Origin: a virus
Strand: one strand, 5' to 3'
Length of the DNA stretch: 64,000 nucleotides
IMG/VR virus record: IMGVR_UViG_3300027754_000039
Coordinates: 117,589 to 181,588 of that record
The notes under the pieces were generated by a model, which saw only the letters and a program-made list of their open reading frames with translations, had not been told where the DNA came from and ran no database searches. A program made the translations under genes and the position numbers. The first letter of the stretch is position 1, and the number at the start of each line of letters is the position of its first letter. Shown here piece after piece: positions 31,194 to 42,235 of the stretch.

Positions 31194-32376
31194 TTAAAAA
31201 GGAATTTCTTTTAAATAATCTTTCAAGCTTCTTGTAAACTGAATTTGAAATATTTCCTGTAATCTTTCGTAGGTAGCATTTAATAATGTAGCTGCATCAT
31301 TTGGTATAAGAAATAATTCTCTATACATTGAATTTCTAATGTCTATCACAAATGTAAGAAGTAATCTAGATATTGTAACGCTATCCTGATTTTCTATTTG
31401 GTTTGCCGCTATCGTCAGCATATCTATTAATAAATTAAGCTTGCAGATAATTTCTTCTCGCTTAGATAATTTATCGTTAGGATATACATTATTAATTCGT
31501 TTAGGATCTTTAAGACGCTCTGCATAATATCTATCTAACTGATACCATTTTGGATCTATTTCAATTCGAAATTCTATTTTAATTAACTTAGAAGCTTCTA
31601 ATAAAGTAAATCGCTCAACAAGCGTCAATGCAGTTCTGTATGCATCTAATGTCATAGGGGTTAAAGGGGTTTTATTCGTTTCTTTAAAGAAATTACTCAT
31701 TTCAATCCTGATACTATATATAATAAACTAACTAGCGATAACGGAGATACATACCCTACGGAATTTGCTTCTCCAAACTTTTCAGTGATGTTGTTTTTAT
31801 TTTTGTCATAAACTTCAACTTCACAGTCAGGTGTCATATATCCTCCAAACCTTGCGCCCATAATTACATGTAAATCAGTTTTGTCTTCTAAAGAAAAAGT
31901 TGATTTAGTACCCATACCATTCTTAACTATTACAGTATACATATTTGGAAAGGTTAATTGAAACCCATTGCCAAAGCACTTAAGTAATGGCTGATGATTT
32001 AATATTTGCATTAGTTGTAATTGATGTTGTTAAGCAAATTTTGTACTCGACCTTTTTCAGTCGGTTGATAAAAAATTTCCATATTGTCTTCATTGATATA
32101 AGATTCAATCATTCCTTTTTCTTGAAGACATTCTAAGTGATAATCAGTTACGGCATATTTCATACTGTCGTCAAATTGATCGAAACTCAACTCTGGATTG
32201 TTTCTTTCTAAATAATTTTCCATTGCCATTATTTCAATAATTTCAATTAACAGCGTTTCAAATTTGTTACGATCTTGAATTCCAGATTCATTTAACATTT
32301 CCATATATTCTTCATATCCGAATATATACCGTTTCATGGACTCTACATAAACTACTACATCATTTGGCTTTTTCAT
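31194..32376 (-). CDS. Three hypothetical genes (31194-31700, 31697-32011, 32011-32376)
   Basis: Tiled, translationally coupled ORFs. Confidence 0.55.
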
Positions 32377-32383
32377 ATATGTT

Positions 32384-32692
32384 TTATTTATTGGTTACTG
32401 ATTTAATGTGTTTGCAAGTTCTATGATAATTAAATCCTACACAGCTGCATGAATTACCACGCTTACTATCTATTACAACATCGTAAATATCTCCTTTAGA
32501 TCCCACAACTTTATGCATTGTCTTCGAAGCAACTTTTATAGTTTTCTTTAAGCCTACAATTTCAATATCTGAAAATATAGTTCCATTTGGAACTTCTACC
32601 CAGCCCGGGCACACAAATGTTTTATCTCGAAAAGACATTATAGTAAATGCTCCTGTTGGCATTACTTTATTAGCTGGTATTTTAATTTTCAT
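32384..32692 (-). CDS. SWIM zinc-finger protein
   Basis: YDV...SCSCVGFNYHRTCKHI fits CxC-xn-CxH. Confidence 0.8.
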   Translation of the reverse strand: MKIKIPANKVMPTGAFTIMSFRDKTFVCPGWVEVPNGTIFSDIEIVGLKKTIKVASKTMHKVVGSKGDIYDVVIDSKRGNSCSCVGFNYHRTCKHIKSVTNK

Positions 32693-33077
32693 TTTTTGGG
32701 CTATTGTTAATTAACAATTCTTCTACTATTTTATTATCAATAAATCTAGATACAGAACAGAATTCTAATTCTACATCATCTTCAATATTTTTTTTAAGGT
32801 CATTATATTGAGCTTCATTTTCTAACGATCCACATTGAGTAGCAATACTATGATATACTTTTAATCTATAAGCACCATAAGGATTTTTAAGTTCTTCAAT
32901 TTTCCAATCTTCTTCTGTTAATTCAGATAATTTCTTATCTCTATTGATAATAGTTGCTGAACGATGATATCCACAATTATTACAATTAATATACTCTTCT
33001 CCTGTTTTGTAATAGAAGTCGTCATACGCTTCGTGTTTACAATTTGGACATTCAATGCAATCAAGTACGCTTCCCAT
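32682..33077 (-). CDS. Zinc-ribbon hypothetical protein
   Basis: ECPNC...CNNCGY; promoter at 33103-33134. Confidence 0.6.
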   Translation of the reverse strand: MGSVLDCIECPNCKHEAYDDFYYKTGEEYINCNNCGYHRSATIINRDKKLSELTEEDWKIEELKNPYGAYRLKVYHSIATQCGSLENEAQYNDLKKNIEDDVELEFCSVSRFIDNKIVEELLINNSPKNEN

Positions 33078-33134
33078 ATATATATTTTTTAATTTCTTAT
33101 TATTAAGATAAGTTATTCTAATGTAAGTACCAAA

Positions 33135-33704
33135 TTATTTTCTCCAATATTTAAAAGATTCTTCAATTTCTTTTGAAACCGATCCTTTTAAAATGTTAGG
33201 TTCATATTTTCCATAAGGATTATATTTCTCTGGTTTCTTTTGAGAAATTTCTTTTGTATGAATTGCATTGATTAATTTTAAAATTTTTTGAAATTGACCG
33301 AATGATATTACTCTTTCGCTAACTTTCTCCGAAAGAAACCTATTTAATTTGTCTATACCAAGCAATTCATATAGGTCCATAGCCTTAATACCTATTTCCT
33401 CAAAAGTTGCTGCATCGGCTTGAAATATAAATCCAACTGCTAGCCCATTTGACTTTGCTCCACCTGATACTCCAGGTTTCATTCCACGCATTGTACCAAA
33501 GCCGGCGCGTGAACTCATTCGATGAAATTCTTCTGCTTGTTTTTTATCTTTGATAACACAAACTTCATTTCCTGTCTTATGGTGTATAACGTGACCGCCT
33601 GACCATTTTTCTTCTGTAGAGCAGTTTATACAAGTAGTTGCTGTTGGTAATACCTTAAGACGACCTTCTGGTATTGTAATATCACATAATTCGCATTTTT
33701 TCAT
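33135..33704 (-). CDS. Protein with N-terminal DksA/TraR-type C4 zinc finger
   Basis: CELCDITIPEGRLKVLPTATTCINC; promoter at 33709-33740. Confidence 0.7.
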   Translation of the reverse strand: MKKCELCDITIPEGRLKVLPTATTCINCSTEEKWSGGHVIHHKTGNEVCVIKDKKQAEEFHRMSSRAGFGTMRGMKPGVSGGAKSNGLAVGFIFQADAATFEEIGIKAMDLYELLGIDKLNRFLSEKVSERVISFGQFQKILKLINAIHTKEISQKKPEKYNPYGKYEPNILKGSVSKEIEESFKYWRK

Positions 33705-33740
33705 ATCTTTAAGATAAGTTATTCTAATGAAAGTACCAAA

Positions 33741-34118
33741 TTAAATTTTACTAATCCAAATAAAAATTTTATTATTAGTTTGAATGTTACTAAACGTAAC
33801 TTGAATGGATGTTGTTATGGAAGTAATGTTATTTGATAATGACCCTGAAATATTTCCAAACGCAGTGTTGTGTATAATTAAAGAATGTGTTCCATTTGGA
33901 ATAGTAGTGCATGAATAATCCTTCTCTACTCCGTTAATATAGCATTTATTATCTTCATAAAAGTCTAAGGTATCGCCTAGAGCAGTCGGTATTGCAATCG
34001 TATTATAAGAGTATCGATCCATTGTCCAGACTGTACCTTTTAAAGGATTAGGCGCCGGAGTTATGGTCTTTTTTTTACAGGAAGATAATAATATCAACGC
34101 AATTAGTACGTACTTCAT
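33741..34118 (-). CDS. Putative lipoprotein (lipocalin-like)
   Basis: MKYVLIALILLSS^CKKK...NPLKGTVW. Confidence 0.65.
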   Translation of the reverse strand: MKYVLIALILLSSCKKKTITPAPNPLKGTVWTMDRYSYNTIAIPTALGDTLDFYEDNKCYINGVEKDYSCTTIPNGTHSLIIHNTAFGNISGSLSNNITSITTSIQVTFSNIQTNNKIFIWISKI

Positions 34119-35648
34119 ATCTTAATTTTATTTTGCATTACAGTAATACATTTAACGTCGGTACCGGTACCAACCCTGCGCTGATAAGATACTGTTTGAT
34201 AATAGCCAGTTACCAATTTCATATGCTGGGTTATAGTATCAAAGTTAATATTACCATAATCTGAAACTTCTAAATACTTTAAATAGCTAGCTTTAAGCGG
34301 ATGATCCAAATCCAAAGCTCGCACCCAACGTTTAATTTGCCGAGTAGTTACAATAGAACCTGTCGGAGCTGTATGTTTAAGAAACTTTTCAAACTCCTCT
34401 ATAAATTCTTTGTATCTTGAATCCATCTTATTATAATTTTTGAACTTGTTCCATGATATCAGTTACTTCATCTTCAGACAAATATCCAATCACGTCATTG
34501 GTGACAGAAGTATTGTATGTCAAATTCCCATGCTCATCTAGCACAGCTAGTTCATATAGACCTTCTTTACCTCCATATGTAAATGAAGTGCGAACTACGG
34601 ATACTCCATAGTCATTATCAAATGATAATCTTGACTGAATACCTTCACCCATGGCGTGAGTCTTGAATTCTAAATCTTTAAATGTTTTCATGTTATTTAT
34701 TTTTAAATAAAATTATTCCTCCTGTTAATGTAAGCCCAACTCCAATAGCACCAATACCATAGTTAAGAGCTAAATCTTTTGATAAGCTATATCCATTATA
34801 ACCATTAGGTAAATTTCGATTAATTCTTGATCTTTCCAACCAATAATTAATAGCACTGAACATTACACCTGACGCTAAAATCAAAGCTCCATTAGTGCGT
34901 AGCTCGTTAGGGTTTCTAATGTGTAAATTAATTTCACGAGTTTCGTTACCACGACTTAACATGTAAACCTTTGTCGAGTCCAACCCTCCAGCTTTACAAT
35001 ATAAAGTGGATAGGATAAATGCTGATATTAATATTTTTTTCATTTCTTTAAAATAAGTATTTCATTTGTATCTACCAAATTTATTTTACATCATTGTCAA
35101 TCCAACGCATTGATTTGTATAATTGCAATTCTAATAAGTCTAATAGGTAGTCTCTGATTTCTTCATACTCCCAACCTTCTTCAAGCATATCTTCCGTAAT
35201 CTTACTGATACTGAATTTTAATTCGATTAATGCTGTTTGGTTTATTAAGCTTTCAATTCGCTCTGTAGTGTGTTTGTCTAATCTCTTGTCCATAATATTA
35301 TTTTTATTTATCAAATCCAACAATTCCAAATTCAACTTCTTTACAAAACCCTTTTTCAACAAGGGTAGAATATTCTTGAGCTAACCACCAAGCTTGCAAC
35401 CTATCAACTTCTGCATGCATCTCTTCACGAATCTCTTCTCTGGCCATCATAGCAAATGTATAACCAGTTATGGACTTGGTCATCTCGTTGAGTTCTCCTG
35501 CTGTCCATTTGCGATTGTTAATAGCTTTTGTTATGTTCTCTTTCATCCGCGCAACAACCTTATCGTTATGTGCATACATTTCTTTACTGAATGGACGAGT
35601 GATAGTAACTCCATACTGCTCACCTAATACTTTTACTTTTGTTGCCAT
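34115..35648 (-). CDS. Five small hypothetical genes (34115-34426, 34431-34691, 34693-35043, 35081-35362, 35304-35648)
   Basis: Tiled minus-strand ORFs; 34693-35043 has a signal peptide and TM helices; promoter at 35048-35079. Confidence 0.55.
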
Positions 35649-35737
35649 AATATTATTTTTTAAGTATTAAAATTAATTTTAAAAAGCCGGCCATTATATA
35701 CAGCGCAGCTACTGCAACAGCTACTACTATTGCAATA

Positions 35738-36133
35738 TTATATAGTTTCTTTTCCATTGTTTTTACAGATTTCTATTAGTTTATCTAGACAAGCTTGTTC
35801 TGCTTCTTCATAGGTTTTTGCCCATCTATAACTATACTCACTAAGTTCCTCATCTAACCTATAAACATGAACTTTATACAAAAGAGTTAAGTCATCTGCA
35901 CGTTTATCTGCATAAACAGAGTGGTAAAGTTCATGTTTCTCTCTAAAAAACTTGAAAGCTTGTTGGTAGAGTGGTGCTAAGATGTAATCAAATTCTTGTG
36001 CATTTTCTTGATTTTTGCATTCTTCTATTCTTAACAGAATGTGCTTTAAATCATGTTTTGCTAAGCAAGGTTCATCAAATCCTAACTCTTTTAAAGCTAA
36101 GGCTTGTATGTATGTTATAAATTCATTTTCCAT
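35738..36133 (-). CDS. Phage hypothetical protein
   Basis: EFITYIQALALKELGFDEPC...APLYQQAFKFFREKH...TYEEAEQACLDKLIEI; promoter at 36168-36199. Confidence 0.6.
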   Translation of the reverse strand: MENEFITYIQALALKELGFDEPCLAKHDLKHILLRIEECKNQENAQEFDYILAPLYQQAFKFFREKHELYHSVYADKRADDLTLLYKVHVYRLDEELSEYSYRWAKTYEEAEQACLDKLIEICKNNGKETI

Positions 36134-36200
36134 ATTATAAGTCCAAAAGTTTTAATTATTTATATTGTTAATTTAAGTATTTCATTTGTATGTACCAAAT

Positions 36201-36776
36201 TTATTTTTTAAGTGTTATCGATCCTCCCTTACTACACGCCATACAATAATAACCAGCCCAAGTGCTATGATGTTTAACCTTCATTCCACGCTGATTGCAA
36301 TTCGGACACACACCTTGCAGCGTAGTCGAGTTCGAGTTTAAAACTCGCTTCAGTCGCTCCGCGTTTCGTTGCATGTAACTCTTTTGCTGCGGTACACTTT
36401 TTTGCGGTAAAACTTTTGCAGTTGCGTTTGATACAGAACCCACGAATACATTTGATTGCGGCGGTGGCGCAGCCGGCAGTGCATGCGCGTGTTGCTCGGC
36501 GCGGCGTTCGGTTCGACGAAATTTTGCATTGCCTTTGTAGAACAATCCTTGCGAAGCCTTCACAGCTGCAAGCAGCATGGTCATTTCTTCCACACTCAAT
36601 TCAATTTCTTTTTCAGGGTGAAATGCACATTTTCTCACGACTTCCCATTGCTCATCGGTCACCAAATCCACATCAAGTTTGCGAATAAATAAATGACCTC
36701 CTTTAGGCGAGGCAATTCCAACACCAGCAGACTCGATAGAATCCATCCAGCGATTTGTTATTTTACATACAGCCAT
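36201..36776 (-). CDS. Hypothetical protein with C-terminal zinc ribbon
   Basis: CPNC...CMAC; visibly more GC-rich than its neighbours. Confidence 0.55.
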   Translation of the reverse strand: MAVCKITNRWMDSIESAGVGIASPKGGHLFIRKLDVDLVTDEQWEVVRKCAFHPEKEIELSVEEMTMLLAAVKASQGLFYKGNAKFRRTERRAEQHAHALPAAPPPQSNVFVGSVSNATAKVLPQKSVPQQKSYMQRNAERLKRVLNSNSTTLQGVCPNCNQRGMKVKHHSTWAGYYCMACSKGGSITLKK

Positions 36777-36777
36777 A

Positions 36778-37422
36778 CTATTTACATTTTAAATAAATAC
36801 ATTCCATTCCATTGCCATCGGTAAATTCTTCCGTAATGATATATCCTAATTGAGATCTTGTTGATAAATTGAAATTTGCAATTTCTTCATCAAGCGCTTT
36901 TTGTTCCATTGCGTAAATGCAAAATTCTCGATAATCAACTTCATCATTTTCAGTCCACCCACTATAAGATTCATTAACTTCTGCTATGTGCGCTATACAC
37001 GCTTCTAAAATTTCTTCCATGTTTTTTAGTTTTAGTTTTTTAATTATCAATTGATTAAATATACGTTAAAAAATTGCGTAATCCTTAAGATATATACTCT
37101 TCATAAATTTCCCTTAATCCATCTTCATCAATAATGAATGGATTCTCATCAGAACATAATCCAAATCTTCCATTATCATAACACATAAATTTATCTACTT
37201 CGAATTGCTCTATTTGAAATCCGTTTTCAATTAATTTTGCTAATACTTGTTCTGTTGTCATATTTTTCATGTTTTTTAGTTTGAAAATTCTTTTGTAATT
37301 AATTCGAGCCCTTTTGCATATTGCGCTTCAGTACAGTTACCAACAAGACGCATGGCATCTAAAATAAATTTTGCGTCTTTTTTAGTGGGCGCAGATTCCA
37401 CCATTGCTTTTATCTTTTTCAT
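36778..37422 (-). CDS. Three small genes (36778-37050, 37085-37270, 37276-37422)
   Basis: Tiled ORFs; the last was manually translated (MKKIKAMVESAPT...KEFSN*) and follows promoter 37458-37489. Confidence 0.55.
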
Positions 37423-37457
37423 AGTATGTTGTTTTACATATAGGAATTACCTATACA

Positions 37458-37566
37458 TAAATTTAAGTAATTAATTGCCAATTACCAAATAGTAGCGAAA
37501 GATAATTGACTTGAGAATCAAGGAGTTACGAAATAGCGGTATAACCTTTTGACACTCAATTGGATA
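37458..37566 (-). promoter_or_regulatory. Promoter + tandem palindrome element E1
   Basis: -7 box 37458-65, -33 box 37486-89, TTGA-nnn-TCAA cores starting at 37511 and 37549. Confidence 0.75.
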
Positions 37567-38177
37567 CATTTGCGGCATTCTATAACCGCCTATCATCCCT
37601 AGAGTGTATTAAGGTATTGACCCGGGGAAGATCGACTGTGTACGGGGTGTATTTGAAGGTGGGTTTTCATGGTCTATATGTCATTGATACTTAAGTGGTT
37701 ATAAAGACGTAATGTATTGATACTCAATAGGTTGCGTGATTTCCATTATATAAAGGCCTGGGTTGGGGGAAGAAATAGCCCGCAGATTGTTCAGATTTTA
37801 TTTGGTAGTTTGAAAAATTTTACTATGAGAAGACCGGCGCGGTTTACCATAGGTCGTTCTATAGCTAGCGCCAGTAAATTAAATTTATTGCATTGGGCTT
37901 AGGCAAAGAGCCTAAGGGGAGTTATAAGGGCACCTTATCCTCCCAAAACCAGGTCTATATGAAAAAACTTATTGTCTCAATTGATACGTGGTATAGGCCC
38001 CAGCGACCGAATATTTTCATTGGGTTTCAGTGATATTCACCCTTGATTTACGGGGGTTGAAACCCTTGATATACTAGGGTTTTACGTGATTTACCCTTGA
38101 TCTATAGACTGATATCTAGGGAGTACCCTAGGTCTACACCCGTTAAACCCCTTGATTTACATAGGGTTTGTATAGGT
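37567..38177. other. Non-coding, GC-enriched region with palindromes and CCCTTGAT repeats
   Basis: No credible ORF. Palindrome cores at 37684 and 37717; CCCTTGAT at 38040, 38063, 38094, 38149 (fifth copy at 38195). Confidence 0.6.
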
Positions 38178-38633
38178 CTACCCTAGGTTGATAACCCTTG
38201 ATGCATCTCTATAAGGTTGCGCCATGATTCGAAATGCTGGATCCATACCTATATTGATGTAAGATGTCCAATGGCGTATCCATTCTGATTTGTATACTTG
38301 AGTAAATTCTCGAGTAGCTATATTGAGTTCTCGAGCTATATCGAGTCCTTTACTCCAAGCTTGATACTCTTGCTCTATAACTAGCGCTTGATCTGATTTG
38401 CTGTATCTATATATAGATAGTAGTTCACTATTAGAGCATTGAGTATGCCCCGCTTCGTGTAATAAAGCGCATAGTAACTTTTGAGTATGCGTGTATTGTT
38501 TAGGAGCGTGTATTGTGTCTGTATCTGTATCTAAATAATAAGAGCTGGAATCGTATTTTACAGAGTAGCCCCGGGAAGAGAGATACTTCTCTATTCTTCC
38601 CTGAGCAATTTTAAAGTCTATGATATTAAACAT
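38178..38633 (-). CDS. HEXXH metallopeptidase-like protein (ImmA/IrrE-like)
   Basis: ALLHEAGH followed by EQEYQAW. Confidence 0.6.
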   Translation of the reverse strand: MFNIIDFKIAQGRIEKYLSSRGYSVKYDSSSYYLDTDTDTIHAPKQYTHTQKLLCALLHEAGHTQCSNSELLSIYRYSKSDQALVIEQEYQAWSKGLDIARELNIATREFTQVYKSEWIRHWTSYINIGMDPAFRIMAQPYRDASRVINLG

Positions 38634-40797
38634 TACGAACGAATAATTTATTCAATGATAATGATAATTGAGTTAAGTTATTGATGTCAATCATTTCTGC
38701 ATTCTTACCATACATTTCTTGAAAACGTATACGAGAACGATCCAAACCATAATTGCTGTCTGATACAAAATAGGATAACACCTTGATGCCATTCTTACGC
38801 ATTTTGTCTACTTGTGCTTTGGTATGCTTAATAGCATAGTCACCACCGTATTGGATATTTTGATCTGAGTATCCTGGCTCACCGTCTGATATATTAATGA
38901 AGTACATTTCTTTACCATTAGCCGATGCAATAACCTCTTTCATAACAGCTTGAAAGCATAACCCTTCAGGAGTGGATCCACTACAACATACTGCATAAGC
39001 CTTATGTCTAAATTGCTCGAACTTATCTTTACGTGAATCATATACAACCCACATCAAAGGAGTTTGATTACCATAATTACCCATTGTACCTCTTGCGGAT
39101 ATAACTACATCCATAGATGATATCATTGATGCTGCTTTGGCAATGGCTATTGAAGTTTTCATTGAAGCTTCCCATTTAGATCCATGCATTGATCCTGACG
39201 CATCCACTGATATATGTATTAGTGAAGGAGTCACTGTATTGTGTATAGTTTGAGTAAATACATGATCATTACCAAAGCCTAATTCTGCAACCAATCTTCT
39301 GTCAATGCGACCTGTTTCCATTCTTGTTGTCTTAAGAGTTCTATCTTCATCACGCGTCTTTAAACGCTTACCTAATAGTGTACCTAGAACAATACCTTCA
39401 GCAACATAATCTTTACCCCAACCATTGGTAATATTAGCTTTATATTCTTCTGGGTCTTGAGCTTGAGAACCTAACAGGTCAGAATCAATTAAATTCTTAT
39501 TAATTCCTTTAACTACTGTGCAATTAGTTCTATTTCCATTATGTCTATTGCTAGTGTCATTTGGAATATCGCCACCCACAGACTCCAAAGTCATATTAGA
39601 TTCAGCAGCGGCATTTACTTTATTAGCTTCTGACTTAGATAGTGATTTCTTTTTAATCTTACCATCTAAAAAGTCTTTTTGCTTTTGTATAGCGTCTGCT
39701 AAATCCTTAGCCTTTTTAGCCTGCTTAGGATCTACCTTACCTTGTTGTGCTTGAGCGTCACCGCCATCTTCAGATGTACTCTCTCCCTGCATATCCATAT
39801 TAGGATCTGCTCCTGCTCCACCCATTTCATCATTCTCATCTTCATTGATGTCAGCTCCGTTGCCACCATCTCCTGGATTTGTTTTATCTTCTTCTTCGGG
39901 CTGACCGTCCCCAGGACCACTGCCTTGAATTCTATCCAACCCACCAATGTCATTACAAATAGCTTTGAATACCTCGCCGGCTACTTCAAATACTGCAGAG
40001 GTAGACTTAAGGCGAGAGATATCTCGAATATTAATAAGATCCCATATCTCTTGCAATGCTGGTAGAGTATTAAGCTGTCTATTAGGATTGGCAAAGTTAA
40101 CAATATGGAATATGTAATCATCCCAGGTGCGTTCACATTTCACTCCACTAAGCAATGCCTCGTCTATTTCCTTGGCATTGAAATACTTATCATACAAGGC
40201 TTTGTAATAACCTTGATACCCAGGAGCCGAATCATACACAAATCTATCTATACGTCTATCCTCAATAATATTAACTAGATCTTTAATCTTAGGTGCTACG
40301 TCATATCCGTCACAGACTTGTCCCGGAAAGTAATTAGTATGCCATTCCTTCATTCTTTCTATAAAGCTAGAGGAAGTTAATAAATTTGTTTTAGTGACAG
40401 TGAAATCGGTTAAGGCAATATGACTACCTTCGTGTAATGCTAATCCTACAGTGGCGTCAAATTCTTTCTCATCCAATTTAGCTGAGATAACTACTTGCTT
40501 ACCGTCCGTATAGGATTGGTTACCTGAAGAATACATAACCTTAATGTCATCCTTATTGGTTACAATTCTAACGAAGTTACCTATTGCTCTTTTATAAGCA
40601 GCTAGCTTAACAATATTCACGGTAGCTTTTTCCTTAATGGAAAGACTGTCATCCTTTGCTAGGAAATCGTCATCCAACCAAAAGCTGGAATTGGAATAGG
40701 TTGATTTATAAGGACTTTTATACCCCGAAGAGTAATACCCTGATGTCCATTTATTTACTTGCTTAGTAAGGGCCTTGGTGCTAAATTTCTTTGCCAT
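38626..40797 (-). CDS. vWA-domain protein with N-terminal HEXXH region and acidic linker
   Basis: GLALHEGSH; NIIEDRRID; MIDAS DASGSM, TPEG, ISDGEP. Confidence 0.85.
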   Translation of the reverse strand: MAKKFSTKALTKQVNKWTSGYYSSGYKSPYKSTYSNSSFWLDDDFLAKDDSLSIKEKATVNIVKLAAYKRAIGNFVRIVTNKDDIKVMYSSGNQSYTDGKQVVISAKLDEKEFDATVGLALHEGSHIALTDFTVTKTNLLTSSSFIERMKEWHTNYFPGQVCDGYDVAPKIKDLVNIIEDRRIDRFVYDSAPGYQGYYKALYDKYFNAKEIDEALLSGVKCERTWDDYIFHIVNFANPNRQLNTLPALQEIWDLINIRDISRLKSTSAVFEVAGEVFKAICNDIGGLDRIQGSGPGDGQPEEEDKTNPGDGGNGADINEDENDEMGGAGADPNMDMQGESTSEDGGDAQAQQGKVDPKQAKKAKDLADAIQKQKDFLDGKIKKKSLSKSEANKVNAAAESNMTLESVGGDIPNDTSNRHNGNRTNCTVVKGINKNLIDSDLLGSQAQDPEEYKANITNGWGKDYVAEGIVLGTLLGKRLKTRDEDRTLKTTRMETGRIDRRLVAELGFGNDHVFTQTIHNTVTPSLIHISVDASGSMHGSKWEASMKTSIAIAKAASMISSMDVVISARGTMGNYGNQTPLMWVVYDSRKDKFEQFRHKAYAVCCSGSTPEGLCFQAVMKEVIASANGKEMYFINISDGEPGYSDQNIQYGGDYAIKHTKAQVDKMRKNGIKVLSYFVSDSNYGLDRSRIRFQEMYGKNAEMIDINNLTQLSLSLNKLFVRNV

Positions 40798-40821
40798 ATC
40801 TTATATATTAATGTCTATTCA

Positions 40822-40918
40822 TAAATTTAAGTATTTACTTTCTAAATTCCTAATCTTTTCGAAAGATTTACGGCTTGATACTCAATGAGTTATAAGTCAT
40901 TGATACTTAAGTAGTTAC
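40822..40918 (-). promoter_or_regulatory. Promoter + tandem palindrome element E2
   Basis: -7 box 40822-29, -33 box 40850-53, cores at 40875 and 40900. Confidence 0.85.
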
Positions 40919-40925
40919 GGTATAT

Positions 40926-40949
40926 AAGGAAAGGGGGTGCAACACCCCC
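40926..40949 (-). terminator. Intrinsic terminator after the AAA gene
   Basis: GGGGGTG-TTG-CACCCCC followed by TTTCCTT. Confidence 0.65.
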
Positions 40950-40968
40950 ACTCCAACCATAAAAAATA

Positions 40969-42105
40969 TTATTTTGCTATATCGTCTGCTCCGAATAAAT
41001 CACTTTTGGTCTCTTCAGGATTAATACAATATTTTTGTACTATTTGTTTTACATAGGTACGCTCCGAGTCAACTCCTCCATCCTCGCTAAAGAAAGGATA
41101 TATACCAACCTCAGCGGCTTCTGTCAAACTAAACCCATCATATATTAATGATGTCAACTCCACAGCAGCACGAGTGGATAGCGAGTTAGTCAATTTAGGA
41201 TTAGATGACTTACACTCCTTACGAGTTTGAGAAGCGATCTCTGCAATTGCTTGCACAGCTTCTGTCTGCGCTGCTGGATACTTCATCTTTAATAAAGCGA
41301 ATTCCATTTGCTCATCTAATTGATCCATTTCAATAGTGATGAATCGATCCTGCAACGCTCTATCCATTACACGAGTGGAAGTATACTCATTACCTACGTT
41401 TGCTGTGGCAATGAAACTCACACCTGGTGCTACCTTAATAGTCGGAGCTCCGTCTTTTTCATCAAGGCGTAAATACCTTTGATTAAGATCCAATACAGTC
41501 ATTAAGATGTTCCAAGCTTCAGGATGAGCTCTAGATAATTCATCTAACAGGATGACTGCATTTTCTGTCTGGATTGCTTTAACGAATAATGACTCCGCAA
41601 AGTAAGTACCATCTTCTTTTGAGAAGTGAGTATTACCTATCAAGGTAGCACGCGGATCTTGAGTGGCGCCTAAGTTAAAATAAAAGTCTGGACGCTCCAA
41701 TGCACTAACTAAATACTTAGCGGCCATTGTCTTACCTGTTCCTGCAGGACCTGTCATCATGATATTCCTACCACGCATTGCTGAGCGTACAAGATATTTC
41801 CATTTCAGGTCACTCATGATTAACTGCTCCGGCTTAAGACCAGTGGAGGCGTGGATGAATGTTTTCATTACATCATGCTCGCTATTAGCAGCTATCAATT
41901 CCACAGGAGTGTCTACCTGTGCTTGCATTGCGCTGGTCGCAAATGCCCATTCATTGGTTACATTATCCAATACTAATTGTGCTCCCTTTTCTGCCGCTGC
42001 ACGTCTAAGTGAGCGATCAATTTGGTTAGACACATCCTTACCTTCAGCGGTAATGGCTTTCAAAAAACGACCTTCTTGGGTCACGGTTGCAATTGTTACT
42101 TTCAT
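40969..42105 (-). CDS. MoxR/CobS-like AAA+ ATPase
   Basis: Walker A GPAGTGKT; Walker B ILLDE; FIATAN; DRALQDRF; STR. Confidence 0.9.
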   Translation of the reverse strand: MKVTIATVTQEGRFLKAITAEGKDVSNQIDRSLRRAAAEKGAQLVLDNVTNEWAFATSAMQAQVDTPVELIAANSEHDVMKTFIHASTGLKPEQLIMSDLKWKYLVRSAMRGRNIMMTGPAGTGKTMAAKYLVSALERPDFYFNLGATQDPRATLIGNTHFSKEDGTYFAESLFVKAIQTENAVILLDELSRAHPEAWNILMTVLDLNQRYLRLDEKDGAPTIKVAPGVSFIATANVGNEYTSTRVMDRALQDRFITIEMDQLDEQMEFALLKMKYPAAQTEAVQAIAEIASQTRKECKSSNPKLTNSLSTRAAVELTSLIYDGFSLTEAAEVGIYPFFSEDGGVDSERTYVKQIVQKYCINPEETKSDLFGADDIAK

Positions 42106-42137
42106 ATTTTTTATTTTTATGGTTAATTCCTTCTTCT

Positions 42138-42235
42138 TAAATTTAAGTATTTAATTCCTTATATCCTAATCTTTAGGCAAATTAAATGCCTTAGTACTCA
42201 ATGAGTTATATAACCCATTGGTTATCAATTAGTTA
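42138..42235 (-). promoter_or_regulatory. Promoter + tandem palindrome element E3
   Basis: -7 box 42138-45, -33 box 42166-69, variant cores at 42191 and 42218. Confidence 0.8.
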
